From positions 14,287 through 78,286 of the forward strand of contig CAURGZ010000002.1 in NCBI GenBank assembly GCA_963524285.1: a stretch of DNA of 64,000 nt. The letters run 5' to 3'. The translations under genes and the position numbers were made by a program. Below the pieces are notes generated by a model. The model was not told where the DNA came from. It saw nothing but the letters and a program-made list of their open reading frames with translations, and made no database searches. Below, one piece after another: positions 39,180 through 49,241 of the stretch. The stretch is from an uncultured Atopobium sp. GTDB taxonomy: Bacteria; Actinomycetota; Coriobacteriia; Coriobacteriales; Atopobiaceae. Within the stretch, counting starts at the first letter, position 1, and every line of letters begins with the position of its first letter.

Positions 39180-40292
39180 CTACTCGGAAATCTTCTCCTC
39201 AAGGCGCGCTTCTTCTACGGCCTTCTGAGCCGCCTCAATAGCATGCGCAACCTGAGGTGTGCGGTCGGCATCAGAGAGCGACGCGTCGTACAGGTGGCAA
39301 GCGCAGAAGTGACCTGGCTCAGCCTCGATACGCTCAGGAATGCGCTCGGAGCAAACCTTCATTGCCTTAGGGCAGCGCGTGTGGAATACGCAGCCTGAAG
39401 GTGGGTTAGCAGGACTTGGAACATCACCTTGAAGAATGCGCTTTTCCTGGATACGCTCGTGGCGAATACGAGGAATAACATTCAGAAGTGCCTGAGTGTA
39501 TGGGTGCAGAGGACGCTCAAAGAGGGCGTCTTTGGTGGCAAACTCCATCTGGTGACCCAGATACATGACCATAACAGTATCTGCAATGTGGCGAACAACG
39601 GAAAGGTCATGGCTAATAAAGATGTATGCCAGACCGTGGTCCTTCTGAAGCTCTTCAAGCAAGTTGATTACTTTTGCCTGAACAGAAACGTCCAGCGCAG
39701 AAACAGGCTCGTCGCAGACAACAATTTCTGGCTCAAGCACAATAGCGCGAGCAATACCAATACGCTGACGCTGGCCACCCGAGAACTCGTGAGGGTAGCG
39801 GTACTTGAACTCAAGGTTAAGGCCAACTTCCTCCATAACCTCTTCAATGCGAGCATCACGCTCTGCCTTTGTCTTATAGGTGCCTGCAATATCAATAGGC
39901 TCGCCAATGATATCCATGACCGTCATACGAGGGTTCAGTGAGCTGTAAGGATCCTGGAAGATCAGCTTCATCTTCTGACGAGCACGCTTAAGATCTTCTC
40001 CCTTAAGCGAGGTAAAGTCCTCCCCATCAAGCTCAACCGTACCAGAGGTTGGCTCGGTGAGGCGCAGAACACACTTGCCTGTTGTGGACTTTCCGCAGCC
40101 AGACTCACCAACGATGGCCAAGGTCTCTTTGCGCCTGAGCTCAAACGAAACGTCCTCAACAGCATGAATGGAAGCGTTAGAACGACCAAATACACCGTTT
40201 TTGATGGGGAATCGCTTAACCAAGTTCTTTACGGACAAGATGGTTTTCTCGCCAGAAAGGTCCTTGACGTCTGTGTTCTTCTCTTCTGCCAT
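39180..40292 (-). CDS. oppF: Oligopeptide ABC ATP-binding protein
   Basis: [23 protein letters not shown]-terminal domain. Confidence 0.9.
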   Translation of the reverse strand: MAEEKNTDVKDLSGEKTILSVKNLVKRFPIKNGVFGRSNASIHAVEDVSFELRRKETLAIVGESGCGKSTTGKCVLRLTEPTSGTVELDGEDFTSLKGEDLKRARQKMKLIFQDPYSSLNPRMTVMDIIGEPIDIAGTYKTKAERDARIEEVMEEVGLNLEFKYRYPHEFSGGQRQRIGIARAIVLEPEIVVCDEPVSALDVSVQAKVINLLEELQKDHGLAYIFISHDLSVVRHIADTVMVMYLGHQMEFATKDALFERPLHPYTQALLNVIPRIRHERIQEKRILQGDVPSPANPPSGCVFHTRCPKAMKVCSERIPERIEAEPGHFCACHLYDASLSDADRTPQVAHAIEAAQKAVEEARLEEKISE

Positions 40293-40294
40293 GA

Positions 40295-41419
40295 CTACTC
40301 ACCCCACTCATCAGTGTATTTCCAACAGCTGACAGTATGGCAATTGTCTTCACCAACAGCAGTCAAGCCAGGACGACGCTTCTTACAAATGTCCTTAGCA
40401 AACGGACAACGTGGATGGAACGGGCAACCAGAAGGCATGTGAGAAAGCATAGGAACGCTACCAGGAATTGCATAGAGTTCCTTGGTGCGCTCGTCAAACG
40501 ATGGAATGGACGCAATCAAGCCCTGAGCATAAGGGTGCAGAGGGTTAGTAAAGAGCTCTGCAGACTGCGCATACTCAACACGATGACCAGCGTACATGAC
40601 AAGAACCCAGTCAGCCATCTCGGAAACAACACCCATGTCATGCGTAATCAACATGACAGCGGTGCCCAAATCTTGCTTCATGCGATCGATAATCTGCAGA
40701 ATCTGTGCCTGAACCGTTACGTCAAGAGCGGTTGTTGGCTCGTCGCAGATAAGCAGTGATGGCTGGCAGGCAAGAGCCATAGCAATCATGACACGCTGTC
40801 GCATGCCACCAGAAAGCTCATGTGGATATGACGAGAAGACCTTCTCTGGTGCAGGAATACCCACCAGCTTGATCATATCAAGAGCCTTCTGATCTGCCTC
40901 CTGTTTGCTCATGTTGGGATTATGAACAAGGATGCCCTCACGAATCTGAAGACCAGATTTCATAACAGGATTCAAGGAGGTCATAGGCTCCTGGAAAATC
41001 ATTCCGATGCGATTACCGCGAAAGTCACGCATGCCACCACGAGGAAGCTGCGTTAAATCAGTTCCCTCAAAAATAATTTCTCCGCCGGTAATTTGCGCAG
41101 GAGGTGTAGGAAGCAATCCCATAACAGATAAAGCTGTCATGGACTTACCGCAGCCAGACTCTCCTACTACTGCAAGAGTCTCGCCTTTACGCATAATAAA
41201 CGAGAGGCCACTTACTGCAGGAAGTGCGCCATCTTCGGTGAAAAGCGTAACATCAAGATGATTAACGTCGAGAAGGACGTTCTTCTTGCACTGCTCTTCT
41301 CGCTCCTTTTGAGCGGTTTCTTGTGCAAGTTTGCGCTCCTCAAGGCTGCAAAATTGCACAGACTGTCCATTTGGACCCTCGATAACGTGCTCAAATGTTG
41401 CATCTGTTTTTTCTGCCAT
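40295..41419 (-). CDS. oppD: Oligopeptide ABC ATP-binding protein
   Basis: [28 protein letters not shown]. Start moved to ATG 41419 (SD AGGAGG). Confidence 0.9.
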   Translation of the reverse strand: MAEKTDATFEHVIEGPNGQSVQFCSLEERKLAQETAQKEREEQCKKNVLLDVNHLDVTLFTEDGALPAVSGLSFIMRKGETLAVVGESGCGKSMTALSVMGLLPTPPAQITGGEIIFEGTDLTQLPRGGMRDFRGNRIGMIFQEPMTSLNPVMKSGLQIREGILVHNPNMSKQEADQKALDMIKLVGIPAPEKVFSSYPHELSGGMRQRVMIAMALACQPSLLICDEPTTALDVTVQAQILQIIDRMKQDLGTAVMLITHDMGVVSEMADWVLVMYAGHRVEYAQSAELFTNPLHPYAQGLIASIPSFDERTKELYAIPGSVPMLSHMPSGCPFHPRCPFAKDICKKRRPGLTAVGEDNCHTVSCWKYTDEWGE

Positions 41420-41435
41420 AAACGTAACCTCCTTT

Positions 41436-42392
41436 CTAAGAACGCATCTTTGGATCAAGGGCGTCGCGAAGTGCATCGCCAAGCAAGTTGAAAGACATAA
41501 CTGTAATGATGATGACAATACCTGGGGCAATACTGTAGAGAGGCTGTGATGCAAGGTATGGCTGAGATGCTGCAATCATTTGGCCCCAACTTGCCTCAGG
41601 TGGCTGAACACCCAATCCCAAGAACGAGAGTGTTGCCTCAGAAAGAATTGCGCTTGGAATGCCCAAGGTAGAAACAACAATCAGCGTTGACATACAGTTA
41701 GGAAGCAAATGCTTCATGATGATGCGGAAGCTGTTACCACCAGACAAAATACAAGACTGAATGTATTCAGAATTCTTCAGACGCATGACGTCGCCTCGAA
41801 TCAGCCTTGCTGTGGTTGTCCACATCAAAAGACCCAGTGCAATATAGAGGTTAATAAGACCTGGACCCATAACAAACATAATCAAAATTGCAAAAAGCAA
41901 GAATGGGAAGCTGGAGAAAACCTGAATGATAAAGGACACAACTGCATCAACCCAGCGACCGTAATATCCTGCTGCAACTCCTGCTACAAAGCCGATAAAC
42001 AGGGCAATTGCCTGCGAAATAATACCAACAGACAGAGAAATCTGGCAGCCGTAAATAATACGAGAAAGAATATCTCGGCCGTACTCATCAGTACCAAGTA
42101 AGTGCGCAAATGTTGGATTCTGATTCTGAATTGAAAGGTTTTGATTTTTGTAGCCATATGGAGCAAGAACAGGAGCAAGAATTGCAATAATCACCAAAGC
42201 CAAAACAATGCCCAAGCAAATCATGCCCAGTTTATTTTTCTTAAAGATGTTCCAGCTAACCTGCCAATAGCTCTGCGCACGAACTTTTCCCGTGGCAGCC
42301 TGTTCCTCTTCTTGAGCCTTGGTGGCATCTTCAAGTACAGCTTCGGTCTTTTGGACCTTCTCGCTATTTTTATCACTTGTAAACAAAGCCAT
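41436..42392 (-). CDS. oppC: Oligopeptide ABC permease
   Basis: LGTDEYGRDIL, GDALRDALDP. Confidence 0.9.
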   Translation of the reverse strand: MALFTSDKNSEKVQKTEAVLEDATKAQEEEQAATGKVRAQSYWQVSWNIFKKNKLGMICLGIVLALVIIAILAPVLAPYGYKNQNLSIQNQNPTFAHLLGTDEYGRDILSRIIYGCQISLSVGIISQAIALFIGFVAGVAAGYYGRWVDAVVSFIIQVFSSFPFLLFAILIMFVMGPGLINLYIALGLLMWTTTARLIRGDVMRLKNSEYIQSCILSGGNSFRIIMKHLLPNCMSTLIVVSTLGIPSAILSEATLSFLGLGVQPPEASWGQMIAASQPYLASQPLYSIAPGIVIIITVMSFNLLGDALRDALDPKMRS

Positions 42393-43327
42393 TACTCTGA
42401 TGCCTCCTCTCCAAGACGAATTCGTGGATCAACTACCGCGTACAAGATATCAACAAGCAGATAAATAACAACGCAGATAATTGCCACGTACATGACACTA
42501 CCCTGAATCAGCGGTAGGTCACGAGCATTAATTGCATCAATAAGCAACTTACCCATACCGTTCATATTAAAAATCTGCTCAATGATGATGGAACCAGTAA
42601 GAATGTCTCCCAGCTGAGATCCAGCAATGGTAATAATTGGGATAAGAGCATTTCTGAGCGCATGTTTCAAAACAATAGCGGAGCGCTTAAGGCCCTTAGC
42701 TTCAGCAGTTCTAATGTAGTCCTGATTTAATACGTCCAGCATGCTGGTCCTGGTAACGCGGGCAATACTTGCTGCGTAACGAGAGCCCAGCGCAATAACA
42801 GGAAGAACGTACGCGGATGGCGTTTTAACACCAGACAACGGGAACCACTTAAGCGTCAAAGCAAAAATAATCTGCAGTACAAGTGCTACCCAAAACGATG
42901 GAGCAGAAATACCAAAGATTGCAGCTGACATAAGCGATCTATCAAGCCATTTTCCATGGTTTACTGCGGCGAGAATACCCATCAAAAGACCAAGTACTAT
43001 GGCAAAAAGATACGCAAACACTGCTAAGCGTAGCGTAACTCCCAAAGCCTTAGTCAGAAGTGCAATGACAGGTCGCTTCTGAGTGTAAGAAGTTCCAAAA
43101 TCTCCACCAAGCATTTTTACAAACCAGTTTGCATACTGCTCTGGAATTGGCTTATCAAGACCCATGGTGTGACGGACCTGTTGAACAGTAGCCTCATCAG
43201 CCATATCGCCCATCATGACTCGTACTGGGTCACCTGGGACGATGTTCAAGACAAAAAACGTTAAAGCAGAAATGCAAACTACAACGCTCACTGCTTGAAG
43301 GATTCGTTTGATTAGAAACGATCTCAC
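42392..43327 (-). CDS. oppB: Oligopeptide ABC permease
   Basis: PGDP, DYIRTAEAKG, DPRIR. Confidence 0.9.
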   Translation of the reverse strand: MRSFLIKRILQAVSVVVCISALTFFVLNIVPGDPVRVMMGDMADEATVQQVRHTMGLDKPIPEQYANWFVKMLGGDFGTSYTQKRPVIALLTKALGVTLRLAVFAYLFAIVLGLLMGILAAVNHGKWLDRSLMSAAIFGISAPSFWVALVLQIIFALTLKWFPLSGVKTPSAYVLPVIALGSRYAASIARVTRTSMLDVLNQDYIRTAEAKGLKRSAIVLKHALRNALIPIITIAGSQLGDILTGSIIIEQIFNMNGMGKLLIDAINARDLPLIQGSVMYVAIICVVIYLLVDILYAVVDPRIRLGEEASE

Positions 43328-43356
43328 TCCTGAGCTCCTCTCCCCTCAAGAAAATG

Positions 43357-43387
43357 AAGCGGCATCCAAGAATCTTAGATGCCGCTT
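43357..43387 (-). other. Intercistronic stem-loop after oppA
   Basis: AAGCGGCATC...GATGCCGCTT. Confidence 0.55.
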
Positions 43388-43411
43388 TAAAGTTTATAGC
43401 AAGTTTGCTAC

Positions 43412-45058
43412 TTAGTCCTCTGGAACGGTGTAATCGGAATTAGATGTATCAATATCGACATCAAAGAAGTGATAAATCAAGTTTCCAACCTTAGCGTTCT
43501 TGACGTACTTCTTAGCGACAAAGGAGTTCTTTGGCCAATACAGAGGAAGTGTAGCAAAGTCTGTACGAGTCAGCAGGTTATCTGCGTCCTTGTAATCCTC
43601 TGTTCTCTTATCCTTGTTGGACTCAGAGCGACCCTCAACAAGAAGCTTGTCAAACTCTGGGTTGTTGTAGAAGGAAGACTTCTTTGCAGCGTTAGTGCTG
43701 TAGAAGTAGGTGTACAGGTGCTGGTCACCATCGGCAAACAGTGGATACCAAGCAAGGGTAGTAATCTGGAGGTTACCAGCAGCCCAGTCAGTATTCCAGA
43801 CTGCGTTGTCCTCTACCTGAACATCAAGGGTAACGCCAACCTTGCTCCAGTACTCCTGAACAGCAACAAGGAGTTTTTCGTAAGACTTTCTAACCTTTGC
43901 AGAAAGCTTAAGGTCAGATGCACCAGCCTCAGCAAGCAGAGACTTAGCTTTCTCTGGATCGTATTCAAATGCAGGTGCACTCTTGTCGTAACCAGGTGTT
44001 GCAGGAGCAAGCCAACCACTTGCAACGGTACCGTTACCAGAAGCAATGTTATCAACAAGCTCCTGACGGTTGATTGCCAGAGAAAGTGCCTGTCGAACCT
44101 TAGGGTCAGTCAGACCTAGACCCTCTTTGAGGTTAAGGTTGATGAAGTTAACACCAAGAGTCTGATATGCAGTGATAAGGTCCTTGACGTCAGCATCGCT
44201 TGAATACTGCTGATACAGAGAAGATGGAAGATCGCAGAAATCGATGTCGTTGTTCTTGAATGCAAGCAGCTGAGTGTTGGTGTCATCGTAGTAGTGAATA
44301 CGAATCTCATCCAGTGCAGGCTTGCCGTCATGGTAGTCATCAAAGCGCTCGAGAACTACCTCAGTGGTGTCATCGTTGCTCTTAATCTTGTACTTACCAG
44401 TACCAATGAGGTTAGTACCAGTGCCCCAATTAGCGCCAGCAGCCTCACAAGCCTTCTCTGGGAAAATGCAAGCATAGGAGATACCAAGAACGCTTACAAA
44501 GACAATGTAAGGCTCAGAAAGCGTAAAGGTGAAGTGAGTATCATCCTGAACAGTCAGGCCCTCAAGCTCAGTTGCCTTACCGGCAAGCATCTCTGGAGCA
44601 CCCTTAATCTTGTCAAAGAAGCTGGTGGAGAGAGCCTTAGTTTCTGGCTTAAACATACGCTCAAAGGTGTACTTAACATCCTTTGCGGTCAAAGTAGTAC
44701 CGTCGTGGAACTTAATGCCCTCTTTGAGCTCGCACTTAAGAGTAAGACCGTCAGACTCAAAGGTTGGAATCTCTTTAAGCAGACATGTGACAAGCTCATT
44801 ATCCTCAGTCCAACGAAGCAAAGACTCGCAAACAGAGTCTGCAACACATGCGGACTGTGAGTTGTTTGCACGCTGCATATCAAGGCCCTGCTTAGAATTT
44901 GCGGAGCCGTAGCGAAGAATCTTCTTCTTATCAGAAGCCACAGGAGTATCAGTGGAGGAAGGATTGCAGCCAGCCAGCATCATAGATGCGCCACCACCAG
45001 CCGCTACCATACCTGATGCCTTCAAAAAATTACGACGGCTTAGTGAGTTCTCCAGCAT
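43412..45058 (-). CDS. oppA: Oligopeptide ABC substrate-binding lipoprotein
   Basis: SRRNFLK twin-Arg signal, LAGC lipobox, family-5 SBP motifs. Confidence 0.88.
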   Translation of the reverse strand: MLENSLSRRNFLKASGMVAAGGGASMMLAGCNPSSTDTPVASDKKKILRYGSANSKQGLDMQRANNSQSACVADSVCESLLRWTEDNELVTCLLKEIPTFESDGLTLKCELKEGIKFHDGTTLTAKDVKYTFERMFKPETKALSTSFFDKIKGAPEMLAGKATELEGLTVQDDTHFTFTLSEPYIVFVSVLGISYACIFPEKACEAAGANWGTGTNLIGTGKYKIKSNDDTTEVVLERFDDYHDGKPALDEIRIHYYDDTNTQLLAFKNNDIDFCDLPSSLYQQYSSDADVKDLITAYQTLGVNFINLNLKEGLGLTDPKVRQALSLAINRQELVDNIASGNGTVASGWLAPATPGYDKSAPAFEYDPEKAKSLLAEAGASDLKLSAKVRKSYEKLLVAVQEYWSKVGVTLDVQVEDNAVWNTDWAAGNLQITTLAWYPLFADGDQHLYTYFYSTNAAKKSSFYNNPEFDKLLVEGRSESNKDKRTEDYKDADNLLTRTDFATLPLYWPKNSFVAKKYVKNAKVGNLIYHFFDVDIDTSNSDYTVPED

Positions 45059-45300
45059 GTTAACCCTTCTTTCTTATTAAAACGATTTATAAGACAACCC
45101 TGCTGGGGTCAGATAACTATACAAAACAATTACCAGCATTTACCTATATATACCTAGGATGAAATAGACATGAAACATTAAATTGCGACGATAACAGCAA
45201 AATCTATTTACCTGCGCTTTTTGTCAAATCATATAGGATTTACCTATATTGAAACATAAAAATTGACTAAGCATTTTTGGACAGTTGTCCATTTTTCCAT

Positions 45301-45338
45301 AAAAATATTGGCAGGTACTAAAGAGATACCTGCCAATA
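45301..45338 (-). terminator. Intrinsic terminator of the LPXTG protein gene
   Basis: TATTGGCAGGTA...TACCTGCCAATA with A-run. Confidence 0.7.
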
Positions 45339-45369
45339 CAAATGCATGTAACGAGAAGAACTCTCTGTC

Positions 45370-47091
45370 TTAGTGCTTACGCTTCATAAGACCTACGGCT
45401 GTTAAAGCAGCTCCACCCATAACCATAAGAGGCATTACCAGAAGCTCTTCTCCCGTATTAGGAAGCTGTGCTTTCTTCTTCTTTGTCTTCTTCTCTTTTA
45501 CAGGAGAAGCAGGATTGGAAGGCTCTTCTGGAGCTGGAGTTGGTGTTGGAGTTGGAGTATCAGACTCAACGGTTAGGGTAACCGTCTTTGCTGCCTCGTA
45601 GTCATTGCCTGCAGCTGCAGCATTACCATTGAAGTAATAGTAATAGGTGACGGAGTATGCACCTGGAGTCTTAGAAATCTCTTCTGCCTTCTGAGCAACA
45701 GTTGCTGCATCCATTGTTGCTGTATCAAGTACAACTGTACCGCTCTGATCAACAACCTTAACGCGAGCGTCAGCAGAACCAGCAGCAGGGGTAACCTGAC
45801 CAGCGCTGTGATCAACCATAGCATCAAGGTTATCAAGAATAGTCCAGGAATCCTGGTTAGCGGTAATAGTGCTGTCGTGTGCAGTAACTACCTGCCTGAG
45901 CTCTGTATAAAGAGGAGAGATAACGCCATTGTTAAGATCAAGCTCATCAGTTGAGTTCTCAGAAGCATTGATGACAAGGTTGCCGCTAGAAAGAGAAGTG
46001 TACGAATACTCCTGATACACATCATCAGCAAGATCATTATCAACAGCAAGCTGCCAGCCAGGAAGATTAAGGTACAGTCCCCTATTGGAATTTCCAGTGT
46101 GAACTGAATAGCCATAATCCCTCATGGCATTCTTAATGTTGGTCAAATCAATGTAGTACGCACCGCCGGTATACAGAGCATCGTTCTCCGTTGCGCTGTG
46201 GCGATCTTCATACAGGATATTATCAACGTGAATATCACTTGCAGAAATAGTTGGCATGTAATTCCACTCGTCCTGTGGGATAGCGTAATAGCTACCGTCA
46301 GGCCTAATAATTACGCCAAGATATTTCTTATTGCTGCTAAGAATGGAATTGTTTGTTCCCTCTTCCAAGACCTGCCTTGCAAACCTAACTGAAACACGAG
46401 GGTTTCCGTAAGAGGTTCTGTGATCAAGCAGATACTGGGTAAGACCCACATAGTTGGTACCGTACAGATTAAGAGTAGAGCCATTGGTAAGTGTCAGAGG
46501 AACAGTAAGCGTAATGGTCTCACCAGCGGCCAGAGTGCCCGAGACAGAAACGGAACGCATCTCAGCATTGTCCTGACCAGCTGCCTGGTATGCAGCATAA
46601 GCAGTAGCTGCAGGCTGAGAGCCAGAACCACCGTTCAGTCCACTAATGTTCAGATTAATTGCAGTTGCTGTATTAGTTGATGAGAAGGTAAATCCAGTTG
46701 CACGCAAATCAGGATTAGGGCTTGAGCTGACATAGTAAGTAAGTGGCAGCTGCATAACCTCGTTTACAGAAACTGGAGATGAAGAGATGTTGGTAATCTT
46801 TACCACTGCCTGCAGATTCTGATACTTATCAATATCTACAATGGAGCGGTTCATCTGAGTGGTGTCATTATCCTTATAAGCGTAGTTAGATGTCTGGCCA
46901 GAAGCATCTGTAAAGTAAACAGAACGCTCGATAAGACCATCCGCACTCACAGAAGGAGACACGTTAGTAGTAGTGCCGTTATAAAACGAATTATTACTTG
47001 CAGCGTATGCAATATTTGGCATAAAGATTAAAGCTGCCAAAAATGCAAACATAACAGCAAGAAAACTGCGGCCCTGCATCTTTGATGTCAT
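45370..47091 (-). CDS. Sortase-anchored (LPXTG) surface protein
   Basis: Sec signal (AYA), Pro/Thr linker, LPNTG followed by a hydrophobic segment and KRKH tail. Confidence 0.85.
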   Translation of the reverse strand: MTSKMQGRSFLAVMFAFLAALIFMPNIAYAASNNSFYNGTTTNVSPSVSADGLIERSVYFTDASGQTSNYAYKDNDTTQMNRSIVDIDKYQNLQAVVKITNISSSPVSVNEVMQLPLTYYVSSSPNPDLRATGFTFSSTNTATAINLNISGLNGGSGSQPAATAYAAYQAAGQDNAEMRSVSVSGTLAAGETITLTVPLTLTNGSTLNLYGTNYVGLTQYLLDHRTSYGNPRVSVRFARQVLEEGTNNSILSSNKKYLGVIIRPDGSYYAIPQDEWNYMPTISASDIHVDNILYEDRHSATENDALYTGGAYYIDLTNIKNAMRDYGYSVHTGNSNRGLYLNLPGWQLAVDNDLADDVYQEYSYTSLSSGNLVINASENSTDELDLNNGVISPLYTELRQVVTAHDSTITANQDSWTILDNLDAMVDHSAGQVTPAAGSADARVKVVDQSGTVVLDTATMDAATVAQKAEEISKTPGAYSVTYYYYFNGNAAAAGNDYEAAKTVTLTVESDTPTPTPTPAPEEPSNPASPVKEKKTKKKKAQLPNTGEELLVMPLMVMGGAALTAVGLMKRKH

Positions 47092-47179
47092 AGGCGTATT
47101 CCTCCTCAGAATAAAAACTTAGCGTTATATTTTCGCATTAACACCCTGTTGAAGGAATGGAGATATTTGTTACTTACAT

Positions 47180-47212
47180 AAAAAGAGACGTCATCTTTCG
47201 ATGACGTCTCTT
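47180..47212 (-). terminator. rpsA terminator
   Basis: AAGAGACGTCATC...GATGACGTCTCTT with A-run. Confidence 0.85.
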
Positions 47213-47239
47213 GACAAATCTCTAGATGCGCAAAGTGCT

Positions 47240-48484
47240 CTACTCTGCAGCCTCTTCAGTTGCCTGTGCGTTAGCCTCAGACTCAACAAGGTGAGCCTCA
47301 AGATCAGCCTCAGCCTCAGCTGCTGCTGCCTCTGCTGCTGCACGCTCCTCCTCTGGAAGTGGAGTGACCTCAATGTCAATGCCAAGGGTCTCTGCAGCTG
47401 CCTTCATAGACAGGGAGATGCGACGACGGTCAAGATCAATCTCCATGACCTTTACCTGTACAACGTCGCCAACCTTGCAGACCTGAGATGGAGCGGTGAC
47501 GTGCTGCTTAGCCATCTCGGAGATGTGGACGAGGCCCTCAACGCCGTTGCCAAGGTCAACAAATGCACCGAAGGTAACAAGCTTGGTGACAGTGCCCTCG
47601 ATGATAGCGTCAACTGGGTACTTGGAAACAAGTACACGCCATGGATCCTCGGAAGTCTGCTTAAGACCAAGGGAGATACGCTCACGGTTAAGGTCAACGT
47701 CGAGAACCTGAACCTCAACCTCCTGGCCAACCTTAACAACCTCAGATGGGTGGTTAACGTGGTTCCAAGAAAGCTCGGAAATGTGAACCAGGCCGTCAAT
47801 GCCGCCAAGGTCAACAAATGCACCAAACTCAACGATGGAGGAAACAGTACCCTTGAGCTTCATGCCAACCTGGAGCTTGCCCAGGATGTCCTGACGCTCT
47901 GCCTTACGAGCCTCCTCAAGAACAATACGGCGAGAAAGAACAACGTTGTTGCGGTTGCGATCCATCTCGATAACACGAGCCTCAATACGAGTGCCCATGA
48001 ATGCACCAAGATCCTTGACACGACGGAGATCAACAAGAGATGCAGGCAGGAAGCCACGGAGGCCAATGTCAAGAATCAGGCCACCCTTAACAACCTCGAT
48101 AACCTCGCCCTCAACGGTCTCACCAGCGTTGAACTTATCCTCAACTGCCTTCCAAGCACGCTCGTACTCAGCACGCTTCTTGGAGAGAACCAGACGACCC
48201 TCTTTGTCCTCTTTCTGGAGAACAAGGGCCTCGACGTCCTCACCCAGGGAGATGACCTCTGCAGGGTTAACGTCTTTACGAATAGAAAGCTCACGAGCAG
48301 GAATAACGCCCTCAGACTTGTAGCCAATGTCTACGAGGACCTCATCGCGCTCAATCTTGACGACGGTGCCGTTGACAAGATCACCCTCATCAAAGTCGGT
48401 GACAGTGCCGTCGATCAGGCTGTTCATTTCCTCATCGGAAATTTCATCCAAAGAGAAGATGGACGAGTTCTGAATCTCACTCAA
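47240..48484 (-). CDS. rpsA: 30S ribosomal protein S1
   Basis: Four S1 repeats (DIGYKSEG, FGAFVDLGG, GLVHISE); TTG start. Confidence 0.97.
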   Translation of the reverse strand: MSEIQNSSIFSLDEISDEEMNSLIDGTVTDFDEGDLVNGTVVKIERDEVLVDIGYKSEGVIPARELSIRKDVNPAEVISLGEDVEALVLQKEDKEGRLVLSKKRAEYERAWKAVEDKFNAGETVEGEVIEVVKGGLILDIGLRGFLPASLVDLRRVKDLGAFMGTRIEARVIEMDRNRNNVVLSRRIVLEEARKAERQDILGKLQVGMKLKGTVSSIVEFGAFVDLGGIDGLVHISELSWNHVNHPSEVVKVGQEVEVQVLDVDLNRERISLGLKQTSEDPWRVLVSKYPVDAIIEGTVTKLVTFGAFVDLGNGVEGLVHISEMAKQHVTAPSQVCKVGDVVQVKVMEIDLDRRRISLSMKAAAETLGIDIEVTPLPEEERAAAEAAAAEAEADLEAHLVESEANAQATEEAAE

Positions 48485-48627
48485 AGGTGGACCCCTTCCA
48501 AAACGGGGCCCCGGTCAACATGGTTGCTGCCAGAGTGCCAATACGTGGGCTTCTCTACTCGGAAACTTACATGCTCTCGGGGGCCAACAGATACAGTGCA
48601 TAGCTTGACGCCATACGGGCAATAGGA

Positions 48628-48666
48628 TAGCGCTCTTCGGCTGATTAAACAAGCCAAAGAGCGCTA
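48628..48666. terminator. Stem-loop downstream of the HMA gene
   Basis: TAGCGCTCTT.GGCT...AGCC.AAGAGCGCTA. Confidence 0.5.
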
Positions 48667-48739
48667 CTTTGCACAGCTATTACGCAAGTTTTACAAAATT
48701 TCTTCAAAGTTTGTTTCTTGCGAGAAGATCTTGTTGTGC

Positions 48740-49132
48740 TTACGCACGAAGACGGTAGCCTTCTTTCTCTACGGCAGCTCGGTACGCATCGACATCAATC
48801 GGATTTTTGCTGAGGATACGTGCCTGACCACCAGCTAGAGTAACCTGCGCCCATGTTCCCTCAATACTATCGAGAGCTCGAGTCACATGATTGACGCAGT
48901 TCTGGCAAGTCATACCACCAATCTCAAATGTTTGAACATAAGGGTAATGAGATTCATCTTTGTCTTCTGGACCATCTGCAGCAGAAACCTGCTCTGTGTT
49001 ACAGGTAGTAACGCCTGTTCCCTCATCAGAGCAGCAGCCTTTTTTACCTGCAGCAATTCCGTAAACACGATAAACCGCAAAACCGCAAAGCGCTACAACA
49101 GCAAGAATAACAATAATATTGATTGGTGACAT
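48740..49132 (-). CDS. Membrane-anchored heavy-metal-associated (HMA) domain protein
   Basis: N-terminal TM helix, KKGCC, C-terminal GMTCQNC HMA motif. Confidence 0.85.
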   Translation of the reverse strand: MSPINIIVILAVVALCGFAVYRVYGIAAGKKGCCSDEGTGVTTCNTEQVSAADGPEDKDESHYPYVQTFEIGGMTCQNCVNHVTRALDSIEGTWAQVTLAGGQARILSKNPIDVDAYRAAVEKEGYRLRA

Positions 49133-49241
49133 ACAAACTTCCTTTCTGTTGCTGTTTTACTACCCACCATTTTCTAGATTATTCAAAAAATGATGTTTTT
49201 CTCGCAAAATTTAACAGCAACAGCAAAAATCGTAATGCAGT

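Noticed and set aside
47201..48625. 474-aa + strand ORF
   Set aside because: Antisense shadow of rpsA; no SD or recognisable motifs.
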